Positions 1 to 7,820 are shown, counted from the stretch's first letter. The stretch: 63,176 nt of DNA from Candidatus Micrarchaeota archaeon (GCA_026396415.1 JAPLWX010000004.1:1-63176), one strand, 5' to 3'. Program-made: numbers and translations. The notes: a model not told the origin generated them from the letters alone.

Positions 1-136
1 AAGTTTGCCTCAGAGCCTTCAGACACATCGTCACCGACGTGCCACCTACAATCTTGGCTATTGAATAAGGCTGGGTTACATCACCTCAATTCAAGCTGGA
101 CTTTAACCAGCTGGATTCATGACCTGCTGGGCGTGC
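1..136 (-). ncRNA. 5' portion (domain I) of a group IIC intron-like ribozyme, truncated by the window edge
   Basis: Minus strand reads GCACG-CCCAGCAGG...GGTTAAAGTCC...TAGCCAA...GGTG...TCTGAAGG...GGCAAAC. This is collinear with the remembered IIC domain I consensus (GUGYG-CCCGGCAUGG...GGUGAGAGUCC...UAGCC...GGUG...UCUGAAGG...GGCAAAC). The 5' pentamer is non-canonical. Confidence 0.65.
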
Positions 137-209
137 CGACGAAGAAACGCAACTTTTATACCCCCTAAAAAACGCGGGGCTTTTGACCTGCACAATGTCG
201 CGCCCGATT

Positions 210-1311
210 TCAGGAAGTCGCGGCAATTCCGATTTTTGGCTGCGCGAGCATGTTTTCGATTTCTTTTTCCACCTCGTGGCGCAGCCTGTATGTGTCCCCC
301 ATCATCGCATATCCCTGCCAGCCAGAGTTTGAGAGGAGTATCCTGCTTTGCTCGATTTCTCCTCGCGCGTATTTTGACCTGAAAAGCGCAAGCCTGCCAA
401 AAACCCTGCGCACGTTGCTTTTCTTCAGGATGCGGAAATGGTAGAATGCCCTGAAGCCGAGAAGCTGCACACCTGAATCAAGCGGAATTATTTTCGTCTT
501 GTCAGGATGGAGTTCTATCTTGAGGCTTTCGCGCAGGAAGGCGTCAATCTGCATTTGCCACTCTTCCAATTGCTTCCTGCTACGATGCAGTATTATGAAA
601 TCGTCAACATAGCGCAGATAATATTTTGCGCGCAGCTTGTGCTTCACAAAATAATCAAGCTCGGAAAGATAGACGTTTGCAAAAAATTGGCTTGTCAAAT
701 TCCCCAATGGCATTCCTTTGCCGGGCGTATCCGTTTTGTGATTTTCGAGGATGCGCGAGATGAGCCAGAGCAAGTCCTCGTCCTTTATCCTCCTGCGCAG
801 GATGGAAAGGAGAACTCTGTGGTCAACAGTTTCGAAATAATGCCGGATATCGGCTTTGAGCGCAAAGCCGACAATCGGATTTTGACTCTCTCTCTCTCTC
901 TCTGCTTATTGTCCTTCCATTTCCAGTCACTCTTCGCGTGAAGCAGCCGAATCTCTTCAAGGCGGCAAGCGTGCCCTTTCCCCTCCTGTTTGCGAAAGTG
1001 TCGCTGATGAAACGACATTCGAAGATTGGCGAGATTACGTTGCAGACTGCGTGATGGATTACCCTGTCGCGGAAGTGCGAGGCTGAGATTTTCCTTGTCT
1101 TCGGGTCGCGGATGGTGAAGGTTGTCAGCGGGTGCGGCTTGTAGGTGCGTGTGAGAAGTTCCCATTGGAGGGCGTAAAGGTTGTTGTTGAGGTTCTTTTC
1201 AAACTCGATGACATATTCCTTCTTTGTTTTGCCCGAGCTGGCGTTAAGGAAGGCATCGTAGAGATTGTCATAGTCGCAGACTTTGGCGAAGAGATTGCGG
1301 TAGGTTTTCAT
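210..1311 (-). pseudogene. DGR reverse transcriptase, frameshifted at an (AG)9 tract (possibly phase-variable OFF state)
   Basis: N-part from ATG 1311 (MKTYRNLF...RDPKTRKISASHFRDRVIHHA...GKGT). C-part is in another frame (GFALKADIRHYF...GMPLGNLTSQFFANVYL...YLRYVDDF). The frame switch lies at 886-903. The GxPxGxxxSQ motif is DGR-type. Confidence 0.92.
886..903 (-). repeat. (AG)9 dinucleotide microsatellite inside the RT gene
   Basis: Plus strand ctctctctctctctctct. (AG)10 or (AG)7 would restore one continuous RT frame. Confidence 0.95.
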
Positions 1312-1341
1312 GAGTGGAAATGCCCTGAAGCCACCAAGAGT

Positions 1342-1448
1342 CATTCCAAAACGGTTAGGCCTGTTGTTGTCGTTGACGTTGCCGAAGTTGACGTCGAACC
1401 TGTTGTTGTAGTTGCCGAGATCGTTGTTGTCGCCGCGGACGGCAGGAC
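1342..1448 (-). ncRNA. DGR template repeat (TR)
   Basis: 107 nt with 31 adenines and 11 AAC codons. Aligns to 1850-1959 with substitutions only at TR adenines. Lies 30 nt upstream of the RT start. Confidence 0.95.
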
Positions 1449-1560
1449 GGACCGTAGCCCACTCACGCAAAACTTCCACTGCGGCTTCAAACGTTCAGCC
1501 TGCGGGCAGCAGGCTTACCAGCTGTCGCCGCTGCATTTCATGGCCGGATAGAACCGCCCA

Positions 1561-1656
1561 CTTTTTGCTTGCGGCAAAAAGGGGCCCCTTTTTCGCCATG
1601 CGAAAAAGAGGGGCACTATGAGGGGGCGTGTGGCTCTGAAGTTGCCTTCAGGGCAT
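1561..1656. other. Hairpin cluster between the DGR target gene and TR
   Basis: CTTTTTGC-ttgcg-GCAAAAAG; GCCCC-TTTTTCGC-cat-GCGAAAAA-GA-GGGGC; CTGAAG-ttgc-CTTCAG. Confidence 0.6.
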
Positions 1657-1678
1657 GCGCTTATCCGCAGGAGGTGCT

Positions 1679-2560
1679 TTAAAGGCTTTTGGCAAGCTCG
1701 TTAATTTCGGCAACCTTCAGCTTCAGTTGGGCATCGGTCAGGTTGGGCAAGTCAACAAGCAGCTCGTTTATTTTTGCCTCTACATCTGCCTTGGTAACTT
1801 TTGCGCCAATCGCACTGGCTTCCCGCACAGGTGCGCCGTTTTCAGTTAACACCCCAAAACGGTAAGGCCTGACGTCGTCGAGGACGCCGAAGAGGACGTC
1901 GAACCTGACCCCGACGCTGAAGTAGCCGAGAACGTCGCCGACGCCGCGGACGGCAGGACCTGGCTTGTAGTAGTAAAGGCGACGTGTTTTTGTGGCATCA
2001 AAGGAACCTGCAATTTCCCCAAGAGGAGCGTTGAACTCCTGCTCAACATACCTCAGCTGACCGCTTTCGTACCTGCCATAGAAGAGGCGCAGGTTGGGAA
2101 GCGCGTTTTCAGGCACATGAATAGCATAGCTGTCTTTGCTTTTATCAACGATATTGTAGCCGTCCTCTATGACCGCGAAGGCGGGCTTTGTGAGGTCAAT
2201 TCCCATTTGCTTTGCCTGCGCTTCGGTAAAGAGGTAGAACCTGGTTGTTTCGCCCCTGAACTCTCCCTCCACATAGAACACGCCATTTTCTTTCTGGAGT
2301 TCGCCAAGAGGCACTATTTCCCCTTTGTGCATTGAGTTGGCGCCCATCAATCTTGACATGACCGGGTAAATTTCCCTCAGCACGTCTCTGTATTTTTGCC
2401 TTGTTTGCGGGTCAGTATAGACGAAATCGAGGTCCTTGTGCCTGATTATGTCCTTGTATTTCTGGAATGCGCCAGGCACGCGGATGCCACCCTGATTGTA
2501 GGACTCCCTGACCGTGAAGCTCTTGTTATTGGCTATGATAGTGCTACCGATAGTTGCCAT
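1679..2560 (-). CDS. DGR target (variable) protein, about 293 aa
   Basis: ATG 2560 (MATIGSTII) is preceded by a GAGGTG Shine-Dalgarno. The ORF contains the VR (PAVRG...RFDV...RPYRFGV) followed by a 56-aa helical tail. Confidence 0.88.
   Translation of the reverse strand: MATIGSTIIANNKSFTVRESYNQGGIRVPGAFQKYKDIIRHKDLDFVYTDPQTRQKYRDVLREIYPVMSRLMGANSMHKGEIVPLGELQKENGVFYVEGEFRGETTRFYLFTEAQAKQMGIDLTKPAFAVIEDGYNIVDKSKDSYAIHVPENALPNLRLFYGRYESGQLRYVEQEFNAPLGEIAGSFDATKTRRLYYYKPGPAVRGVGDVLGYFSVGVRFDVLFGVLDDVRPYRFGVLTENGAPVREASAIGAKVTKADVEAKINELLVDLPNLTDAQLKLKVAEINELAKSL
1850..1959 (-). repeat. DGR variable region (VR)
   Basis: 110 nt. 20 substitutions versus TR, all at TR adenines, plus one 6-nt insertion and one 3-nt deletion. 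Confidence 0.95.
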
Positions 2561-2749
2561 GATTACACCTCTTGGAAGAGTATCTGTAGCAAAGGGTTTA
2601 TAAAGGTTGTGGCAAGAAGAGGCGAGATGTGAGTGAGGCGTTGGCTTGCCAGCACCATTGCGCCTCAACACCCTGATTTTTGGAATGTGGTTCGTTGTTA
2701 CCGAATTCTGCATGAGCCATAATAAGACCCAGGACGGAATAATTATGGC

Positions 2750-2926
2750 ATGGAGGAAAGGAATGCCGCGTTTGATTTCCGCCTTGCCTGCCTGAGGGAC
2801 GCCATATTGGAAAATTGGATAGACCTGGAAGCCTTTGAGGCTGATGGAACACTCGTTATTCGGCTTAAGGATGGCATTACGGTAATCGAGCCGCAGAAAG
2901 AAAGAGAGTCCAAAAAACAGGAGTGA
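2750..2926 (+). CDS. Small hypothetical protein (58 aa, MEERNAAFDF...)
   Basis: Manually translated ORF below the track cutoff. Fills the gap between the target gene and the integrase. Confidence 0.35.
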   Translation: MEERNAAFDFRLACLRDAILENWIDLEAFEADGTLVIRLKDGITVIEPQKERESKKQE

Positions 2927-2936
2927 GCGCGCTCTT

Positions 2937-4214
2937 TCATTGTTCGCCCTTGAGCCTCCGCTGGGTCTGGCGAACCGTGATGTCTGCCAGCTTCCGCGCG
3001 AGGCTATCCATCTCCTTTTTCTGGGCTTCCTGCTTCTTTCCCATCTTCTCAATCTCGCTCTCCAGTTCCCCTATCCGCGTAATCTGCCTGTCGCTATCCA
3101 GCGGCTGCCCGCATTTTCCGCAGTAGTCAAGCCCCAATGGATTCTCAGCCTTGCACGCGCGGCACACGCGGTGCGTTTCTATTTTCTTCAGGGGCTCATC
3201 CTTGGCTTTCCCATGCACGTTGAGAATGGCGCGCTTCACCTGCTCGTCTGTAAGGTGAAGATAGGTACGAGGCATGTCGCTGCCGATTTCCCAGCCAAAA
3301 TACCTGCACAGTATCTGCTCAGTCATGCCTGGCTCGCCGCCAAGCTCGCTGGCGCGCGAATGCCGGAAGTTGTGCGGGTTGATTGGCTTGGTAAATTTTG
3401 GCAGGCCGTTCTTCTTGCGATGCTCGTTCAGGGCATCGCGGGCCTTGATTATCCGGTTGACAAACGATTGCCCGTCCATGGGCCTGCCGTTTGAAGGCCT
3501 TGCCCACAGGAGCGCGTCTTGTTTCTTGATTGGGTGCTCGTCAAGCCATCGCGCAAGGTACGTCTTGGCTTCAATGACAGTGATTCGGCGCTCCCCAGTC
3601 TTTCCGGCAGGGACTTTGATATCCACGCCCTCAGCAGTAAATGTCAGGTCGCCTTTCGTGAGCTGCCGCAATTCGCCCATCCTCATTCCAGAATCGAAAA
3701 GCGTGCAGATTACCGCCTTGTCAAGCGTATTGCCGAATTTGAGAAGCTCGCGCATCTCCGGGCGGGTTATCACTGGCTTTGCCACGCGCTTGTCCTTCAT
3801 GCTCGCCCCAAGCGCCATCATGTCCCTGATTTCCCAGGGTGCGCGCGCCATCGAGCCGTTTTTGAAGTGCTGGAAGCAATACGCGGAACCGAGCGTGCGG
3901 AGGCAGTCCTCCTTGCTTATGTGGGTGTAGTCATTGGCGTTTTTTATAGCCTGGACGGCCTCTTGCAGGGCTTTCTTGCTGCTAATCATCCCCAACAGGC
4001 TTTTCTTTGTGATGTTGTTTGCTATGCAGAGGTCGGTGCGGTATTTCTCCACCCTGCGGTCGCCAACCTTTACCCTCTTCTGGTATTGCGCCCATTTCGC
4101 AAACCTCAGGAAAAGCGCCTTGTCCTCGTTGGTCATCCACTTGCTTTTCCCTATCCGGCTTTTCCACTTCCCGGCATAGTTGTCCTCGGCAGTAATGAAC
4201 ATGCCATCACCCAT
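2937..4214 (-). CDS. Tyrosine recombinase/integrase with C-terminal zinc ribbon and coiled coil
   Basis: SGMRMGEL (R), GKTG (K), HNFRH (HxxR), FGW, RTYLH (Y); CRAC...CGKC. Lies directly downstream of a tRNA. Confidence 0.92.
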   Translation of the reverse strand: MGDGMFITAEDNYAGKWKSRIGKSKWMTNEDKALFLRFAKWAQYQKRVKVGDRRVEKYRTDLCIANNITKKSLLGMISSKKALQEAVQAIKNANDYTHISKEDCLRTLGSAYCFQHFKNGSMARAPWEIRDMMALGASMKDKRVAKPVITRPEMRELLKFGNTLDKAVICTLFDSGMRMGELRQLTKGDLTFTAEGVDIKVPAGKTGERRITVIEAKTYLARWLDEHPIKKQDALLWARPSNGRPMDGQSFVNRIIKARDALNEHRKKNGLPKFTKPINPHNFRHSRASELGGEPGMTEQILCRYFGWEIGSDMPRTYLHLTDEQVKRAILNVHGKAKDEPLKKIETHRVCRACKAENPLGLDYCGKCGQPLDSDRQITRIGELESEIEKMGKKQEAQKKEMDSLARKLADITVRQTQRRLKGEQ

Positions 4215-4289
4215 GCTTTATTGAAGATTAACTATAAAAAGTAGAGCGTTTGACGCCGTAGGCTCTCCAAAGTTATAAAAAAAAGAAAA

Positions 4290-4377
4290 CGCCGGGGGGG
4301 AGATTTGAACTCCCGAGTAGGTTTCCCCACAACAGGTTAGCAACCTGCCGCACTGGACCGGGCTATGCGACCCCAGC
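4290..4377 (-). tRNA. tRNA-Ser(GCT)
   Basis: GCTGGGG/CCCCGGC acceptor stem, GCAGG-TT-GCT-AA-CCTGT anticodon arm, long variable arm, GTTCAAATC T-loop, G discriminator, no encoded CCA. Confidence 0.95.
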
Positions 4378-4542
4378 ACGATCAAATCTCCGCAGAGATT
4401 TGGTCGGTATTTGTGAGCGAAGCTCACAAATCTGATGGCAAAGCCCGCGCACGGGCTTTGGCAACCCCTTTTAGGATGAAAGCAGGCTTTTATTCCTTTG
4501 CCGGATAATACCAAAAAGACGGCAGAAGCAAAAGGTGTGAAA

Positions 4543-4677
4543 ATGTACAACAACTACCTCTCATGCGAAGTTTGCGGCGCCGAGCTGACGCAGCTCAACC
4601 AGAAGCAGAAGCTCGACGGCGCAGGCTATACGCACAGCTATTGCGCGAAGTGCTATTCCGAAAAGTACCCCAAGTAA
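4543..4677 (+). CDS. Small zinc-finger protein (44 aa)
   Basis: MYNNYLSCEVCG...YCAKCYSEKYPK; two CxxC motifs; AGGTG Shine-Dalgarno upstream. Confidence 0.65.
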   Translation: MYNNYLSCEVCGAELTQLNQKQKLDGAGYTHSYCAKCYSEKYPK

Positions 4678-4690
4678 AGGCAGGCTTCAC

Positions 4691-5485
4691 ATGGGAAAAA
4701 AGTCAAAATCTCAAATTGCCGCCCCAGCTGCCCCAAAAAGCGTTGGCGGATGGATGGGGAGGATTTACGGCTTTGCCGAAAAATTCGAACATGCCGTGGA
4801 TGCCGCATCTGCGCCATTGCCATCCCAGGGAATCAAGCTCTGGCTCGCCGGCTTTTTCCGCCCGGAGGAGACCTATGAAAAGGTGGAGAAAACCGCCACA
4901 TTGGCCGGGCTTGCGGGAAACCTCCTTATCTTTTACTTCGCATATTCCCTCATATTCTTCCTTTTCATGCTAGTGCTTACCTCGTCGCTTTCAGAAGGGG
5001 ACTTGCTTTCCATGGGGCTCCAGAAAAGCCCTGACCTGGCGCAAGCCGCGCTGGGCTCGCTGGTCATAGGCCCGATTGCAAGCGCGCTTTCCGCACTGTT
5101 CGCGTTCGCATTGGTCTTCATATCTGCGCGCGTTTTGGGAGGAGACGGGACCTATGCCAAGCAGGCAAATTCAATGTCGCTTGTGCTCTGCGGCAGCAAC
5201 ATACTCCTCCTGGCATTCATGTGCGTGGCATTTGCCATTTTCATTCCATCGTTCCTATTGCGAGACTCTGCATTCGTAGGATCAATCGTTTCGATTGCGA
5301 CTCTGCTTGCAAGCTTGCCTTTGTTTTTGATGTGCCTGGCGATACTCGTATACACGATATATGCATATTACCTCGTGGCAAGGAAGGCGCACAATATTTC
5401 ATCATGGCGCGCGGCAGGCGCGATTGTGATTGCTGCTGCGCTCGTTGTGCTGCTGGATATTGCGCTCAACGCTGTTTTAGCCTGA
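4691..5485 (+). CDS. YIP1-family-like multi-pass membrane protein
   Basis: FFRPEETY motif, about 5 TM segments, ARVLGGDGTY, HNISSWRA. Confidence 0.75.
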   Translation: MGKKSKSQIAAPAAPKSVGGWMGRIYGFAEKFEHAVDAASAPLPSQGIKLWLAGFFRPEETYEKVEKTATLAGLAGNLLIFYFAYSLIFFLFMLVLTSSLSEGDLLSMGLQKSPDLAQAALGSLVIGPIASALSALFAFALVFISARVLGGDGTYAKQANSMSLVLCGSNILLLAFMCVAFAIFIPSFLLRDSAFVGSIVSIATLLASLPLFLMCLAILVYTIYAYYLVARKAHNISSWRAAGAIVIAAALVVLLDIALNAVLA

Positions 5486-5623
5486 GAAAACCGGTTTTTA
5501 CTTTCCTGCAAGAAAAGCATGCAGAAAAAATAAGCAAAACGTGGCACCGCACTGTCTGGTGAACCCGGCGCAGGGGCACCGGGCGTGCCATAATGATAGG
5601 ATAAGGGCGCAGCCAGAAATTGT

Positions 5624-5886
5624 GGCAGGATTTCCGGCGGGCCTTGGGGGGAACGCACAGTATCCGCACCGCTGCTCAGTCTTGTATCTTCCCAGCACGG
5701 GACAGAATGCGTAGGGCTGCTCCTTCCGGCCTGACCCGATTGGCACTATGAACCGTCCGGAAAGGCAAAACGTCGACGCTTAAGGCACGGGCTTATCCGC
5801 TCCCGTCCAAAACATCTCCGGACATTCGGCTTCGCCAAAGGGGATTTGCGATGAGGGAGGCCCCTACTCTCCCAGCCTATCCTGCC
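5624..5886 (-). ncRNA. ffs: Signal recognition particle (7S) RNA
   Basis: Helix 8 motif GGGTCAGGCCGGAAGGAGCAGCCC; 5' GGCAGGAT pairs with 3' ATCCTGCC; TTATATA box about 25 nt upstream. Confidence 0.88.
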
Positions 5887-5999
5887 GCTTGTTTTCCTGT
5901 AAGAAGTGGTATATAAGAGTACCTGTATTGAGAACCTTGCTCAGAAAGTAGTCGGTTTAAGCGACATTATGAGCAGACGACTTACTTTCTGAGCAGAAA

Positions 6000-6224
6000 T
6001 TAAATAAGCCACCACGGCGGCATTTTTTCTTGACGCAGGTGATAGAAATAATGTATGACAGCACTTATCCAAAAGATAAACGATATTGACTGAAGAAATG
6101 GGGGGAAAAACTCTTGAAAGTTTGCGGGAGTTATAAAACTAGCTGCGAGAAGTCCGAATGCAATTGTAGCTGCAAATCCCGCACGGTTTAGTTCGTGGGC
6201 TGCCACCTGTTCGTCGTTCATCAT
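6000..6224 (-). CDS. Small hypothetical membrane protein (cargo)
   Basis: 74-aa ORF with two hydrophobic segments. Confidence 0.45.
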   Translation of the reverse strand: MMNDEQVAAHELNRAGFAATIAFGLLAASFITPANFQEFFPPFLQSISFIFWISAVIHYFYHLRQEKMPPWWLI

Positions 6225-6286
6225 CCTTTTTTTAAGAAGGCAAAGCTTTTACAGCTTCTTGCCACCATTAGTGAAACGGTATTCAT

Positions 6287-6709
6287 ATGCACAAACCCAA
6301 ACCTCCTTCGTTCAAAATGCAGCATAGACGATATTGGGAACTTATGAAACTAAAGAAATGGCAATTATGGAAAGTTTATGAGAGTGGGTTATCTTTTGAT
6401 GAATCCGAACTGGAAAGCAAACTAAGGAAGGAAAATATGGCGGAATTTTTCGCCAAATATCTCTTAGACGAAGAGATTTCTATGCTAAGAAAAGCATTCA
6501 AAAAATATCCTCGAAAGTTAAAATGTTATCTTCACTCCGAGTTCAAAGCTCTCGTGACGAACCTCGGCCTGAAGGCCGAGGCTTCTGGAACAGAAGGGGG
6601 AGCCACGCGCCTCGGTGCTCCTCCACTGCCTGAAGGCAAGTGGCTCCCGCACCGAGGTTCGTCAGTGGATAAGAACGACAATATTGTGGGCTATGAACTT
6701 ACACAATAG
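6287..6709 (+). CDS. Hypothetical protein; 3' end runs into the transposase remnant and MITE
   Basis: ORF track only. The first ~75 aa look like a plausible charged protein; the remainder overlaps mobile sequence. Confidence 0.3.
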   Translation: MHKPKPPSFKMQHRRYWELMKLKKWQLWKVYESGLSFDESELESKLRKENMAEFFAKYLLDEEISMLRKAFKKYPRKLKCYLHSEFKALVTNLGLKAEASGTEGGATRLGAPPLPEGKWLPHRGSSVDKNDNIVGYELTQ

Positions 6710-7045
6710 CTCATTCTCCCTTGCCACCGCATTCCTGCTCCTCACCTTGTCCCCAAACTTGGCTTTTACCATGCTGTTCGTGCTTTCCACGTTGCTTCTC
6801 TTGTGGTAGTGCTGGTAAAACTCATCCTGATTTAGCTGGAAATACAGGAACATCTTGCGCCATATCCCCGTCCCTTTACTCTTTCCTGTGGCGTTGGACT
6901 TGAAAGGGATAAACGCCCGTCCTCCCACGTCCTTGACGACTTGGTAATTGTCCCTGCTTGAATATGCCTTGTCTGCGCTGACCTCCACCATATTGAAGCC
7001 TCCTTGTGCCGTTGCAGCCACCAATGGAGCGAATTGTGGGCTGTT
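6518..7045 (-). pseudogene. IS5-family (DDE) transposase C-terminal fragment, interrupted by a MITE
   Basis: SPQFAPLV...SADKAY...YHKRSNVESTNSMVKAKFG...HNIVVLIH, then after the insertion ESFELGVKITF*. The N-terminus is missing. Confidence 0.85.
6555..6665. mobile_element. About 111-bp IS200/IS605-type MITE
   Basis: Terminal 13-bp IR TGACGAACCTCGG/CCGAGGTTCGTCA; hairpins CCTCGGCC-TGAA-GGCCGAGG and CCACTGCC-TGAA-GGCAAGTGG. Removing it restores the transposase frame. Confidence 0.75.
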
Positions 7046-7279
7046 CTTAGAACGCCGTATATACTGAAACAGTGGGAATAATCTATACGGGGCTGCTCAC
7101 GAGAAAGGATAGGAGATGAAGAGCTGCTTGAGACAATCATCCCGATACCAGATAAGAAAATACAGGAAAAGATAATCTCAATTGCTGTTTCTAGCTCACA
7201 GAAAGCAAAAGGATTGATGAAAGAAAGCGAAGAATTAAAAGAAAAAGCAAAAGCCGTATTTTTACAAGAATTAACGTGA
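7034..7279 (+). pseudogene. Restriction-modification specificity (HsdS/type IIG-like) C-terminal fragment
   Basis: LWAVLRTPYILKQWE*SIRGCSRERI...IIPIPDKKIQEKI...; in-frame stop and no start codon. Confidence 0.55.
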
Positions 7280-7296
7280 GGCTATAAGCAACCGTT

Positions 7297-7629
7297 TTAC
7301 GCCTTTCGCCCTTTCCCTCCTCCAAACCACACATTAGGGAAGTTATCGCTTATCGTTTTGATTGGGCGCTGCTTGCGGATTTTCTCCCTCATTTTGCAAT
7401 CGGCAGCCGCAAACCTCATTATCTTCTTGCATAGGGCTTTACTGAGTTTAAGCTGTTTTAGCTCCCTGCCAAGCTGCTTTAGGTCTGCTGGCAGCTTCAC
7501 AACCACGTATGGGTCGCCTTTTGCCTTCCTTCTTTGTTCAAGCAAACGATGCTTCTCTGTCGGATTGCCAAGCGAGGTAAGAGCCGTTTTTGGCACTGAG
7601 ATATAGCGAAATTTAAACTTCGTTGCCAT
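7297..7629 (-). CDS. Hypothetical basic protein (cargo)
   Basis: 110-aa ORF with GGTGG Shine-Dalgarno and an AT-rich promoter-like sequence upstream. Confidence 0.55.
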   Translation of the reverse strand: MATKFKFRYISVPKTALTSLGNPTEKHRLLEQRRKAKGDPYVVVKLPADLKQLGRELKQLKLSKALCKKIMRFAAADCKMREKIRKQRPIKTISDNFPNVWFGGGKGRKA

Positions 7630-7820
7630 TCAGACCACCAGAGCTTACTTGGATAACCATGTTATAATATATTTCTGACAGAAATATTCGCAATGGAATA
7701 AATAGGCTGTTTTGGCAGATTAAGAGGTGTTTTTGGAACTTTCTGAGCAAGCCCCCGACTTTATGAGCAAAACCGACTTCCTGAGCAAGGCTTGTATTGA
7801 GAACCTTGCTCAGAAAGTCG

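Larger units (their letters stand above)
1..4289 (-). mobile_element. Integrative element/genomic island at tRNA-Ser carrying a DGR (distal end outside window)
   Basis: Order is tRNA 3' end, integrase, cargo. The second att site is not seen in the window. Confidence 0.6.
5933..7792. mobile_element. Degenerate IS5-like transposon with cargo, imperfect TIRs and TGTATTGAG flanking duplication
   Basis: Left end AACCTTGCTCAGAAAGT; right end ACTTCCTGAGCAAGGCT; subterminal TGAGCA repeats; TGTATTGAG at 5924-5932 and 7793-7801; AT-rich; contains a transposase fragment. Confidence 0.65.

Noticed and set aside
210-1311. RT as the group II intron-encoded protein or a retron RT
   Set aside because: It lies outside (upstream of) the intron-like RNA, has the DGR SQ motif, and has a cognate TR/VR pair.
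1312-1479. N-terminal extension of the RT ORF through TR (ORF 823-1479)
   Set aside because: The Asn-rich translation is simply the AAC-rich TR lacking stops. RT homology starts at MKTY (1311).
2561-3052. Long N-terminal extension of the DGR target ORF
   Set aside because: It overlaps the integrase end and a promoter-like region. A clear Shine-Dalgarno precedes ATG 2560.
5924-7818. CRISPR or integron interpretation of the TGAGCA repeats
   Set aside because: Spacing is irregular, the repeats occur in both orientations, and no GTTRRRY attC cores or IntI are seen. A TIR/TSD parse fits better.
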